From positions 1 to 64,000 of the forward strand of contig CBDDDG010000010.1 of the NCBI GenBank assembly GCA_965226555.1: 64,000 nt of DNA, written 5' to 3'. The position numbers were made by a program, and so were the translations under genes. The notes beneath the pieces were generated by a model, which was given only the letters and a program-made list of their open reading frames with translations, searched no databases and was not told the DNA's origin. The stretch is from Salinispira sp. (GTDB lineage Bacteria; Spirochaetota; Spirochaetia; DSM-27196; Salinispiraceae). This document shows, piece after piece, positions 12,043-21,583 of this stretch; the first letter of the stretch is position 1, and each line of letters opens with the position of its first letter.

Positions 12043-12141
12043 AAAATAATACAACAATCATATACGAATTGTAAACATTTTTTCACGTGTCATCTGGGAA
12101 ATAAACATTTGACCATCCCCCCTTCCCCATGTACATAATAC

Positions 12142-13647
12142 TCAAAAATACTCGCCATAATTTTCAGGTCGCATGAGCTTTAGCCCCCTGAGCAGATGAG
12201 ATTCAGCAAGATGCCCGCCCCCTTCGAGATCAAGCAGGGTCAGGGAAATTCTCAGTAAGTTAAGACGCTGCCTGCCGCTCAGGAAAAAGTGTTTCTGTTT
12301 CTCATCTAAAAGCCGAATGAACTCGGGGGAACATTCGGGCAGACCTATCAGCTCATTCCAGGGAAGATAGGCATTATACGCATATTTTCCGCATCGGGAC
12401 TCCTGACGTTCATGCGCGCGCGTAATTCTCTGAATAACGGCAGTATACTCAGGTGAACCGGGTTCAATGTATTCTGAAAATCCCTCAGCCGGAAAGAAGT
12501 ACTTTATTTCTATTCTGTCATAGATTGCCCCTCCCAGCTGGCTCCAGTAACGATGCATCTGGCTTTCGCTGCACATGCAGAGAGAATCGGATCTTCCCCG
12601 ATTACCGCAGGAGCAGAGGTTCATGGTGAAGGCGCATATTGCCATGCAGGGATATGAACTGTTCTGATCGGCGCGAACAAGTTGAATGAATCCGGTTTCC
12701 ATCGGTTCTCTGAGATTCTGAAGTACATGCCGATGAAATTCTGCCGACTCATCCAGAAGTAACATTCCGCCATGCGCCAGAGAAAGCTCTCCCGGACGGA
12801 GAAATTTTCCGCCTCCCAATATTCCCTCTGCTGAGCTACTGTGATGCGGCTCTCTGAACGATGTTACCCTGCGTCCCTGCTGGAGATAATCGGCATGCCG
12901 GAAATGGATGCGGAGCTGTTCCCGCAGAATGTCGGTACTCATGGGAGGTATAAGCGCCGACATACTTCTAGCCGCAGTTGTTTTTCCTGATCCCGGGGCG
13001 CCGAATAGCAAAATATTGTGAAATCCGGCTGCGGTGGTTTCAAGAGCTTCAAGAATATGAGCATCCCGAGGCAGGAAGATGCACGCGCCGTCTGCGGCAG
13101 CATTCACGGAGATTCTCTTTTCCGTTTTCCGTGAAACCTCCGACATGCTCCGAAGATCAGAAAGATTCTTACAGGTATACACGGGAATTTCCGGAAGCGG
13201 GAGCATTTCGGTGATGGCTTTGAGATCGCTGGAAATAACAATACGACTAAAGGAAACAGCCTGAGGGCTGAGAAGGGCAGCATAATCAAACGATGCCCCC
13301 CGCACATTCCCCGACAATCCGAGTTCGCCGAGAAAGAGCCAGCTTTCATCGTGTTTATGCGGCAGAATGAGCTGTTTACTTCGGCAGAGAATACTGACTG
13401 CTATGGCCAGATCATGACCGCTGCCAAGCTTCCGTACACTCCCCGGACTCAAATTAATGAGTATTTTTCGGGCAGGAAAATCCGCCCCCACCGAAACAAT
13501 TGCGGAACGGACCCTGTCACGCGCCTCACGCACTGCCGAATCGGGCAGACCAACAATGGTAAACGCTGGAAGCCCCCGTTGAATGTTACATTCAACCTCA
13601 ACAATCTGCCCATCGTACCCTCTGGGACAAAAACTACATATTCGCAT
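12142..13647 (-). CDS. comM: YifB/ComM family Mg-chelatase-like AAA+ ATPase
   Basis: GLPAFTIVGLPDSAVREARDRVRSA, GAPGSGKT, FREPHHSSS, PGELSLAHGGMLLLDE. Confidence 0.9.
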   Translation of the reverse strand: MRICSFCPRGYDGQIVEVECNIQRGLPAFTIVGLPDSAVREARDRVRSAIVSVGADFPARKILINLSPGSVRKLGSGHDLAIAVSILCRSKQLILPHKHDESWLFLGELGLSGNVRGASFDYAALLSPQAVSFSRIVISSDLKAITEMLPLPEIPVYTCKNLSDLRSMSEVSRKTEKRISVNAAADGACIFLPRDAHILEALETTAAGFHNILLFGAPGSGKTTAARSMSALIPPMSTDILREQLRIHFRHADYLQQGRRVTSFREPHHSSSAEGILGGGKFLRPGELSLAHGGMLLLDESAEFHRHVLQNLREPMETGFIQLVRADQNSSYPCMAICAFTMNLCSCGNRGRSDSLCMCSESQMHRYWSQLGGAIYDRIEIKYFFPAEGFSEYIEPGSPEYTAVIQRITRAHERQESRCGKYAYNAYLPWNELIGLPECSPEFIRLLDEKQKHFFLSGRQRLNLLRISLTLLDLEGGGHLAESHLLRGLKLMRPENYGEYF

Positions 13648-13740
13648 ATCATCTCCCCATAGGGTGACGGGCAAACAATTATTCTTGCCTTAGAAACTTT
13701 TACATTTTGCAAAACTTTTTCTTAGTCTGTCAGAAATTTC

Positions 13741-14196
13741 TCAGATATTTTCATTTCTCAGGCATTTTTTCACCATATCATCGCAGTGTTCATTCAGCTC
13801 CACACCGGCATGACCCTTGACCCACTTCCACTGGGGCTGAACATCAGTATTTAATCGGTCAAGTTCTATCCAGAGGTCCTTATTCTTAACGGGCTTCTTT
13901 GCCGCAGTATTCCAATTATTGCGCTTCCAGTTTTTAATCCACACTCCAATACCTTTTTGCGTATATTGGGAATCGGTATGAATTACTGTGGGAATGTGAG
14001 GGTGAGATTTTTGTATCCAGCGAAGAGCTTCAATAACAGCCCGCAATTCCATACGGTTATTGGTTGTATCCGGTACATATCCAGACTGCTCATACAGCAA
14101 TTCAAGCTTGTCGGCAGAACCATCGGCGGCGACAAAGGCCCATGCTCCGGGACCGGGATTACCGGTACAGCCGCCATCAGTGTATATCGTGATCAT
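13741..14196 (-). CDS. rnhA: Ribonuclease HI
   Basis: IYTDGGCTGNPGPG, TTNNRMEL, TDSQY, VKNKDLW, WVKGHAG. Confidence 0.95.
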   Translation of the reverse strand: MITIYTDGGCTGNPGPGAWAFVAADGSADKLELLYEQSGYVPDTTNNRMELRAVIEALRWIQKSHPHIPTVIHTDSQYTQKGIGVWIKNWKRNNWNTAAKKPVKNKDLWIELDRLNTDVQPQWKWVKGHAGVELNEHCDDMVKKCLRNENI

Positions 14197-14289
14197 CGTA
14201 ATATCCTATAACAAAGTTTTGCAAAATGCAAAAGTTTCTATAAGAAAGTTTCTATCCGTATTCGATTTCAAACAGGTCTCAGACAGGGG

Positions 14290-16644
14290 TCAGACAATAA
14301 ATTTGCCGGAAAGATAGTGCTTAATATCAGCAATAGGCTCCGGCATACCAAAAACCAGCATGGCTTTTCGATTCTCATGCAGGCAGGGAATAAACAATAC
14401 CGCGCAAATACGGGAGCTTAAACCGTTAAAGAGGGGAAACTTCTCTGCAATGGCATCCGATCCAAAGTATGTAATAGCCGATTCCCTGCTCGCAGAAACA
14501 ATCTGTTGAATATCTGTACTATTATATTCTTCGATTCCCGATACGGTGAATCCGATGGAACTGATGTACTTCACGGTATCACCCGTAACATCCGACAGCA
14601 GGACATTCTGGGCATTAAGCTTTATGGACAATTTCATAAGTACTCTCAGTATATCATCAACCTTATGACCATTCCTCACACCACAGCTCGAAAGATCTAT
14701 ACCAGCTTCAGTAAAAATAATAAGAAAATCACTTTCCGCAGAATTGTAATAGATACGGTTTTCAACAATATCGTTTTCATCTCTGCGCTCGGAAAGAATA
14801 GCATCAAAATTCATACCCTGCTCATCCGAAAATTCCTGCGAACCGTGAAGAACCTGATCAACGAGATTACCCATTTCATCATTTTTCTGCCTGATCGATT
14901 GCTGAAAAATTGTATCACTGATATAGGGGCTGCCTTCCTTATCTCTGATCACCTGATCCTTAAGAAAATCGTACAAATCCGCAACAGAAATAGTTTGAGA
15001 AGGAAGGTTCGTTTGAGGTTCTTCTACAGACTGCAACTCAGTCGGCTCAACGAGTTCTTCAATAGTATCGGATGTCGGCGCTGTAGCGGCGTCAGTAGCG
15101 GTTCCTTCGGAAAAGGAAGATGCATACAGAGTAACAGGAGCTGAAGCATAATCAAACAACGGGTATGTTTTTGAAAAGAGAGATGACTGAGAGAACATGA
15201 GTGGAGTCATATCCTGTACATCCAATGAAATATCTTCCCCGGCTGTCTCCAGTTCAGTCGACTCGACTTCCACAATTTCTTCGATATCTTCAGTCTCTTC
15301 AGCTGCCGCAACAGTGGGTCTTACTGATGGCACAGGTGCTGATGGCACAGGTGCCGGCACACTCCCGTGTTCCAATCGCGCTGCCAGATTCTCAACCAAC
15401 TGTTCGAAATGGGCAGCATCAAAATTCACCGCTGCCGCGCCTGTTGTTTGATGTGAAGGCTGCCGATCTCCGAGAATGTCCAGAATATCATTCCAGCTCT
15501 TATCAATAAAACTGTCATAAAATTTCTTATCGCGTGAAGGAATTCCCTTAACAATTTTATTCCTCAGTACATCCTTACGCAGACGAAGCTCACTCTGCCA
15601 CAAATTAATGTCAATTTTACCCTGCTTATCCACCGCCTGCCGCAGCAGATCAAGCTGAAATTGCTTAATACGGTCACGGACAATTACCTCGCTGTCCTGA
15701 CGGAGGTTAAAGATGAGAAAAAGAACAAGGAAACTGGTAAAGAAAATAACCAGAATAAGGAAGACCCCCATAAAGGGTGTTAATGTCAACTCACTGAGGG
15801 GTATGAGATATACAAGATCAATGTCTTCTCCATCATGAATGCGCACAAGGACATCTCCCCGGCTATCAACATTCAGAACGACATCTTCATTATTCCGAAA
15901 AGCCGGCCATTGCGCACGAAGAAGCGAAAACAGATCATTCGGATATTCGGCGCCATTAAGGAATATTCCCTCAGGTGAAAAAGCATATATATTTTCACCG
16001 TAAAGAATTAATTGCTGCTTCAAAAAAATGCTGTTTAGTGATGACAAATCAATCTCCAGCATTCCCCATCCTGCAAAAATATCAAAATCATCATAGAGGG
16101 GAAAGAAATACACCAGTATCTGCGGTTCTTCCAGAATAATTCGCTGCCATTCACCGACATTCTGTAATTCCGAAGTATCAATATTATCTGCGGGGTCAGG
16201 AATAAGGGAAAGATTTTCCACCGGAAAATAATTAATACCTCCCGAAACCCTGCTCTCAATGTCGGAAATTCTGCTTGAATAATGTAATTGGAGAAAATCT
16301 TCATCGAAAAAACGAAGACTCACAAAAGCCGGATATGTTCGGGAAAAATCTGTTATCTGATCCTGACGCGATGCAATGTCGGCAGCAATTTGATTAACAG
16401 CGAAGGCTCGCCGAAATGCCGGAGAATATAATAATTCCTGTGCATTTCCGATTATCTCCGATTGATATTCGACAAATACGGTATATACCTGATCCAGCTT
16501 ATCATCTTTTTGCCGGAGAACCCGGCCGTCATAAAATGTTGCTTCAATTTTTCTGAAAAGACCTGTTTGTCCAAAAATGAAAAAAACGGTGGTAATAATT
16601 ATACCTGTTATGAGGCTGATAAGAAATTTTTTCAGGTTTTTCAT
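14290..16644 (-). CDS. Hypothetical membrane protein (two TM segments flanking a periplasmic domain, long acidic cytoplasmic tail)
   Basis: 784-aa ORF with hydrophobic segments at about aa 7-25 and 290-312. Confidence 0.7.
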   Translation of the reverse strand: MKNLKKFLISLITGIIITTVFFIFGQTGLFRKIEATFYDGRVLRQKDDKLDQVYTVFVEYQSEIIGNAQELLYSPAFRRAFAVNQIAADIASRQDQITDFSRTYPAFVSLRFFDEDFLQLHYSSRISDIESRVSGGINYFPVENLSLIPDPADNIDTSELQNVGEWQRIILEEPQILVYFFPLYDDFDIFAGWGMLEIDLSSLNSIFLKQQLILYGENIYAFSPEGIFLNGAEYPNDLFSLLRAQWPAFRNNEDVVLNVDSRGDVLVRIHDGEDIDLVYLIPLSELTLTPFMGVFLILVIFFTSFLVLFLIFNLRQDSEVIVRDRIKQFQLDLLRQAVDKQGKIDINLWQSELRLRKDVLRNKIVKGIPSRDKKFYDSFIDKSWNDILDILGDRQPSHQTTGAAAVNFDAAHFEQLVENLAARLEHGSVPAPVPSAPVPSVRPTVAAAEETEDIEEIVEVESTELETAGEDISLDVQDMTPLMFSQSSLFSKTYPLFDYASAPVTLYASSFSEGTATDAATAPTSDTIEELVEPTELQSVEEPQTNLPSQTISVADLYDFLKDQVIRDKEGSPYISDTIFQQSIRQKNDEMGNLVDQVLHGSQEFSDEQGMNFDAILSERRDENDIVENRIYYNSAESDFLIIFTEAGIDLSSCGVRNGHKVDDILRVLMKLSIKLNAQNVLLSDVTGDTVKYISSIGFTVSGIEEYNSTDIQQIVSASRESAITYFGSDAIAEKFPLFNGLSSRICAVLFIPCLHENRKAMLVFGMPEPIADIKHYLSGKFIV

Positions 16645-16793
16645 CTATATATTTCTCTATAAAATTTGTCGGTAATTTTTTCCACATTCTTAAACAGGGT
16701 TGCTCCTGAAAATATATTGCAGTGTGGACCGCATAAACAAAGATATTAAAAACTTATCTATACATTATCAAGAGTTTATTATATCATATCTTT

Positions 16794-18536
16794 ATGAAAA
16801 AATTTATAGACTTTGATCTTGACCCGGATATTCAGCGCGGTATTGATGCTGCCGGGTTCACCGATTGTACCCCTGTACAGGAAGAAACCTTCACAGCCAT
16901 TTTCAATGGCCATGATGTAACAGTAAAATCGCAAACAGGAACAGGAAAAACAGCAGCCTTTCTCATTTCTCTTTTTCAGATACTTCGTAATAAGAAGCAT
17001 TCCCAGGAGAGCAGTAGTCAGAAAGAGCAGGTTCTCATTGTCGCTCCCACCCGTGAACTGGTCATTCAGATTCAGGAAGAGGCAGAGCTGCTCGGCGCCT
17101 TTCTCAACTTCTCCTTTTGCGCAGTATACGGGGGAGTAGGCTACGGGAAGCAGGAAGAACAACTTGCGCAATCGCCCGACTTTATCGTTTGCACGCCCGG
17201 ACGCCTCCTCGATTTTGTCCAGAACAGAAAAATTGATCTGAAAGCATTCGGATATTTTGTTATTGATGAAGCCGACAGGATGTTTGATATGGGTTTTTAT
17301 CCCGATATTCAGAAAATTCTTAAGGGAATGCGGCCGCAGACCGAACGGCGAACCCTGCTTTTCAGCGCAACACTCGATACCAAGGTTCTCAATATCGCAT
17401 GGAATTTTATGAATAATCCCCACGATATTGAAATTGAGCCCGAACATATCACCGTAAATTCCATAACACAGAAACTTTTTCATGTATCGCGCGATGAGAA
17501 ATTTTCTCTTCTTCTCGGTATTATCAGAAAGTATCAACCTGAGAGCGCCATTTTCTTTACCAATACCAAAAGAATGGCAGAAGAGCTTTCCTTCCGGTTA
17601 CGGGCGAACGATTTTACTGCGGAATTCATTATTGGTGATCTTCCTCAGAAAAAGCGTTCAGGAATTATATATGCCCTGAAAGAAAAGAGCATTTCTTTTC
17701 TTGTTGCAACTGATGTTGCCGCGCGCGGATTACATATTGATAATCTTGGAATGGTGTTTAACTATGATATTCCGGAAGACGCTGAAAACTATGTGCATCG
17801 GATCGGGAGAACTGCGCGGGCAGGAAACATCGGTATCGCAATAAGCTTCGCCGATGAACAAAGCGTATATAATCTCGCTGCAATTGAAAAATTCATTGCT
17901 ATGAAAATTCCTGTGGAAAATATCAGTAGCGACCTGCTGGCAGAGGACGTCAGCCGTCATACCCGCTTTCAATCCGATTATTCAAAAAATAGGGATCGGG
18001 GCGAACGTTCCGACCGGAGACCCCAGCGCCAACAGCGAAACAGAACTCACGGGACCCGGAACACTCAGCGAAGCGCGCAGCCGACCCGAAGCGCGCAGCG
18101 AGGCAATCGCCAAAGTAATTACCAAAGTAATCACCAAAGAAATCAACAGCCCCGAGGCGCGCAGTGGAACGATTACCGCGAACCGTATAAGGAGAACCGG
18201 AGAAACAACCGCAGCCATACCCCCCGATCCGCTCCGCGGAAGCCCATGTCCGGCTCGATGACAGAACAGGAGCGTATGAGGTATTATGAACAAAAATACG
18301 GCGATTCATTTTCAACCGGAGACCCCGGAACCGCGGCGAAGTCGGCAGGTACGCGCGGCGCGCAGGCTGGTACGCGCGGCGATTCGGTAGGTAAGCGCGG
18401 CGCGCAGGCAGGCAAACGCGGTGCTTCGGTAAGTAAGCGCGGCGCGCAGGCAGGTAGGCGCGGTGCGCAGGCTGGTACGCGCAAAAAGACCAATGGTTTT
18501 ATCAGCGCATGGAAAAAATTCTTTACCGGAAAATAG
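16794..18536 (+). CDS. DEAD-box RNA helicase with disordered basic C-terminal tail
   Basis: Q motif, TGTGKT, PTREL, TPGR, DEAD, SAT, ARGL, HRIGRTAR. Confidence 0.95.
   Translation: MKKFIDFDLDPDIQRGIDAAGFTDCTPVQEETFTAIFNGHDVTVKSQTGTGKTAAFLISLFQILRNKKHSQESSSQKEQVLIVAPTRELVIQIQEEAELLGAFLNFSFCAVYGGVGYGKQEEQLAQSPDFIVCTPGRLLDFVQNRKIDLKAFGYFVIDEADRMFDMGFYPDIQKILKGMRPQTERRTLLFSATLDTKVLNIAWNFMNNPHDIEIEPEHITVNSITQKLFHVSRDEKFSLLLGIIRKYQPESAIFFTNTKRMAEELSFRLRANDFTAEFIIGDLPQKKRSGIIYALKEKSISFLVATDVAARGLHIDNLGMVFNYDIPEDAENYVHRIGRTARAGNIGIAISFADEQSVYNLAAIEKFIAMKIPVENISSDLLAEDVSRHTRFQSDYSKNRDRGERSDRRPQRQQRNRTHGTRNTQRSAQPTRSAQRGNRQSNYQSNHQRNQQPRGAQWNDYREPYKENRRNNRSHTPRSAPRKPMSGSMTEQERMRYYEQKYGDSFSTGDPGTAAKSAGTRGAQAGTRGDSVGKRGAQAGKRGASVSKRGAQAGRRGAQAGTRKKTNGFISAWKKFFTGK
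18348..18482 (+). repeat. Degenerate 21-bp tandem repeat encoding (GTRGAQA)-like units, about 6 copies
   Basis: Seen in both DNA and protein. Confidence 0.8.
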
Positions 18537-18539
18537 TTC

Positions 18540-18594
18540 AAAGTTTTGCATTGGGGCGGGCTGTGCAGAGCACAATTTCAGTAGCAAAAGTTTC
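18540..18594 (-). repeat. Partial copy (hairpin B) of the 127-bp dispersed repeat
   Basis: tgtgcagagcacaatttcagtagcaaaagtttc. Confidence 0.7.
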
Positions 18595-18680
18595 GAATAG
18601 AAACTTTTTTCGCAGAAATTCGAAAATGTGCTTGCCATTCTCAATGTTTTGTAGTAATATAATTGTGAAGGAGTTATTCC

Positions 18681-20327
18681 ATGATGAATTATAACAATCA
18701 ACCCGATGCCGAATTCCGATGCCGAATTCCGATGCCGAATTCCGATGCCGAATTCCGATGCCGAATTCCGATGCCGAATTCCGAGCATAGCCTAAACCGG
18801 CGGAGCCAGTTTCAACACCCGCGTCTGCTGCGGGGGCTTGTTTTCATTTTTACCCTAATACTCACTCTCACGGCCTGCGACATGAACGGATTTTTTGCCG
18901 ACGGTGTTCACCACATCACCGGCACACCCTACAACCCGGACGGCTATAATGTAGCTGGTTACAACGCAGAAGGCTTTAACGCCAATGGCTATGACAAAGA
19001 CGGATATGACGCAGACGGCTTTAACGCCTCTGGCATTCACCGGGACACTGGCACGCCATACGCCCCGGATGGTTATGACAAATACGGCTATACATCAGAC
19101 GGATATGACAAAGATGGCTATGACTCGACCGGGTATAACAGAAAGGGCTTTAATACCGCGGGCATTCACCGCGACACCGGCAAAAAATACGACCGGTACG
19201 GTTACGACACAGACGGCTATGACGAAGACGGTTTTAACGCTGATGGCGATCACCGGGAGACGGGCACGCAATACGACCCCGACGGCTTTAATGCCGATGG
19301 CATTCATAAGGATACTGGCATACCGTACGACACAGATGGTTATGACAAATACGGCTATACATCAGACGGGTATGACAAAGATGGTTATACATCAGAAGGG
19401 TATGACGTAGACGGCTTTGACGCCGAAGGAAATGACCGCTACACCGGTGAAAAATATAACCGATTCGGCTATGACCGGGACGGTTTTGCCAAAGACGGTT
19501 ACAATGTATTAGGCTATGACCGAAAGGGATTCAAGAGAGACGGATATAACGATGCAGATGTTTATAAAGACGATTTCCCCGCGCTCGCTGAAGGGAATAC
19601 TGACCCCGCCGACATCTGGTCAGATGGAACAACGATGTGGGTGTCGAATTCTTCTACGTCTAACCCGAAAATCTATGCCTACAACATGGAGACCAAGGAA
19701 CACGATGAGGATAAAGATTTTGCGCTTTCCTCTGGCACAAATATAAGGTACACAGGCATCTGGTCGAATGGGACAACAATGTGGGTGATGAGGACGACAG
19801 GGTTTGCAAGTACCGATACTATGAGCATCTGGGCATTCAAGATGAGTGACAAAACACGCGATTCAGCAAAAGATATCAGTCCTGATTTTAACGGAAATAC
19901 CTATTCCAGCACCCTTTGGTCATCTGATGGGATAACGATGTGGGCAGCGGGCACAAACTGGAAGCGCGTTGATGCCTACAACATAGCGGGCAAGACGCGC
20001 GATACGGCTAAAGAGTTCCTTGGTGAAGAAACAGGACAGACGATTCCTGTTGCTAATTTTGCCCCCTGTGGCATCTGGTCGAATGAAACAACGATGTGGA
20101 TAAGGGATTTTAATAATAACAAAATCTATGCCTACACCATAGCGAACGCGACGCGCGATACAACTAAAGAGTTCGATAGCGTTGTTTCTGCTTCTGCAGG
20201 GGGATATGATAACTTAAACGGTGGTATCTGGTCAAATGGCACAACAATGTGGGTGGTTAGCCACGGCGACGATAAAATCTACGCCTACGATATGGCGACC
20301 GGAGCCCGTCCGCCCAAGACAGACTAA
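18681..20327 (+). CDS. Lipoprotein with GYD/GFN pentapeptide repeats and C-terminal WS(D/N)GTTMWV beta-propeller-like repeats
   Basis: AAGGAG RBS; hydrophobic stretch ending in the lipobox LTAC; many GYDKDGY repeats; five IWSxGTTMW repeats. Confidence 0.8.
   Translation: MMNYNNQPDAEFRCRIPMPNSDAEFRCRIPMPNSEHSLNRRSQFQHPRLLRGLVFIFTLILTLTACDMNGFFADGVHHITGTPYNPDGYNVAGYNAEGFNANGYDKDGYDADGFNASGIHRDTGTPYAPDGYDKYGYTSDGYDKDGYDSTGYNRKGFNTAGIHRDTGKKYDRYGYDTDGYDEDGFNADGDHRETGTQYDPDGFNADGIHKDTGIPYDTDGYDKYGYTSDGYDKDGYTSEGYDVDGFDAEGNDRYTGEKYNRFGYDRDGFAKDGYNVLGYDRKGFKRDGYNDADVYKDDFPALAEGNTDPADIWSDGTTMWVSNSSTSNPKIYAYNMETKEHDEDKDFALSSGTNIRYTGIWSNGTTMWVMRTTGFASTDTMSIWAFKMSDKTRDSAKDISPDFNGNTYSSTLWSSDGITMWAAGTNWKRVDAYNIAGKTRDTAKEFLGEETGQTIPVANFAPCGIWSNETTMWIRDFNNNKIYAYTIANATRDTTKEFDSVVSASAGGYDNLNGGIWSNGTTMWVVSHGDDKIYAYDMATGARPPKTD
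18703..18780 (+). repeat. Perfect 13-bp tandem repeat x6 (ccgatgccgaatt)
   Basis: Counted directly; 78 bp keeps the reading frame. Confidence 0.95.
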
Positions 20328-20413
20328 ACGTCCGCTTGGGAGCGCAGCGCCGACCAGCTCCCAGTCCCAGCAACAGGGGCTGGTCACATAATAAAATCTC
20401 GAAAAAATAGAAT

Positions 20414-20468
20414 AAACTTTTGCTACTGGAAATTGTGCAAGCACAATTTTCCAATGCAAAAGTTTCTA
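20414..20468 (+). repeat. Partial copy (hairpin B) of the 127-bp dispersed repeat
   Basis: aaacttttgctactggaaattgtgcaagcacaattttccaatgcaaaagtttcta. Confidence 0.9.
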
Positions 20469-20581
20469 TAAGTAGATACTATATCAACATGAAAGAATTG
20501 TCAAACAAAACAAATTATGTGCACTATTGTCAGCCCGTGTGATCAGTGCGCGCCGACACTGGCGGGCCTAATACCGATAAT

Positions 20582-21544
20582 CTACTGCCCTTCAAGTTCC
20601 AAAAACCAAAAATTGCCTTTCGGGTTCCATGTGAATTCATATGATTTTTTGAATTGGCTATCGACTGGCTCCTCCTCATTTGAGTTTGGGCTTTCCTGTG
20701 TACCGCGTATTGTGGCACCATCTGAAATATCATAACACCAACGTTTTCCCTTTTTTCTCTTTGGCTTCACAAGCCTTTTCTTTTCATTCATAACCAAGGC
20801 AACCCCTCTTTTGAACTTTGCGTGCTTACAATACTCTTCAAGCCGAATGAGATCCTCATAGACACCCTCCATGAAATTATTTTCTCCTCCCCTCTTTTTT
20901 CGATGACATTTCATCTCAACGGCAATTTTGTAATGACCCTGAGAGTTCTCACCGTCTAATACTAAATCAATTTCCCGTGAGTCTTCATGAATTGTGACAC
21001 CCGTTTCCAATTCAATTTTTGCGGTTTCATCTTTACGAAAATAGATGAGAGGAACAACCTGTTGCAAAACACACGCGTAGTGGAGTTGCATCGATGCTTC
21101 TTTGTTAATTGACAACTGCCCCCCACCCACTTTCTCCATGAAAATTTGCCATGCAAATGAGATACTCTCCCTCAGCCGTTCTTCAAAACTCCCCGTTAGT
21201 AAATTACTAAAATCATTTTCTGCTTCATGTTTTTCTTGATAATACTTCCTCTCAACGGCAATTTTGTAATGCCTCTGAGATTTCTCACCCTCTAATACCA
21301 AATCAATTTCACAATTTTTGTTGGGAACTTGGGCATCTGTTTCCAATTCAATTTTTACGGTTTCATCTTTATGAAAACAGATGAGAGAAACAACCTGTTG
21401 CAAAATAAACACGTAACGAAGTTCTATTGATGCTTCCTTGTTAATTGACAACTGCCCCCCGCCCACTTTCTCCATGAAAATTTGCCATGCGACAGAAATA
21501 CTTTCCCTCAGCCGTTCTTCAAAACTCCCTGTTAGTAACTTCAT
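20582..21544 (-). CDS. PD-(D/E)XK-like nuclease with an internal 336-bp tandem duplication
   Basis: LLTGSFEERLRESIS..WQIFMEKVGGGQLSINKEAS occurs twice; EIDLVL..KIAVE(R/M)K. Confidence 0.7.
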   Translation of the reverse strand: MKLLTGSFEERLRESISVAWQIFMEKVGGGQLSINKEASIELRYVFILQQVVSLICFHKDETVKIELETDAQVPNKNCEIDLVLEGEKSQRHYKIAVERKYYQEKHEAENDFSNLLTGSFEERLRESISFAWQIFMEKVGGGQLSINKEASMQLHYACVLQQVVPLIYFRKDETAKIELETGVTIHEDSREIDLVLDGENSQGHYKIAVEMKCHRKKRGGENNFMEGVYEDLIRLEEYCKHAKFKRGVALVMNEKKRLVKPKRKKGKRWCYDISDGATIRGTQESPNSNEEEPVDSQFKKSYEFTWNPKGNFWFLELEGQ

Positions 21545-21583
21545 ATTCGAAACTCCTTCGGCAAAAGCCCTTTGGTACTGCTC

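Noticed and set aside
11956..12138. Small ORF MLSTKKAFQ (also the extension at 26124, and the extensions of ppdK and 20257-20454)
   Set aside because: Translations of the dispersed repeat; the SD is too close to the ATG.
18703..18780. Possible CRISPR array
   Set aside because: Contiguous 13-bp units with no spacers, and no cas genes in the window.
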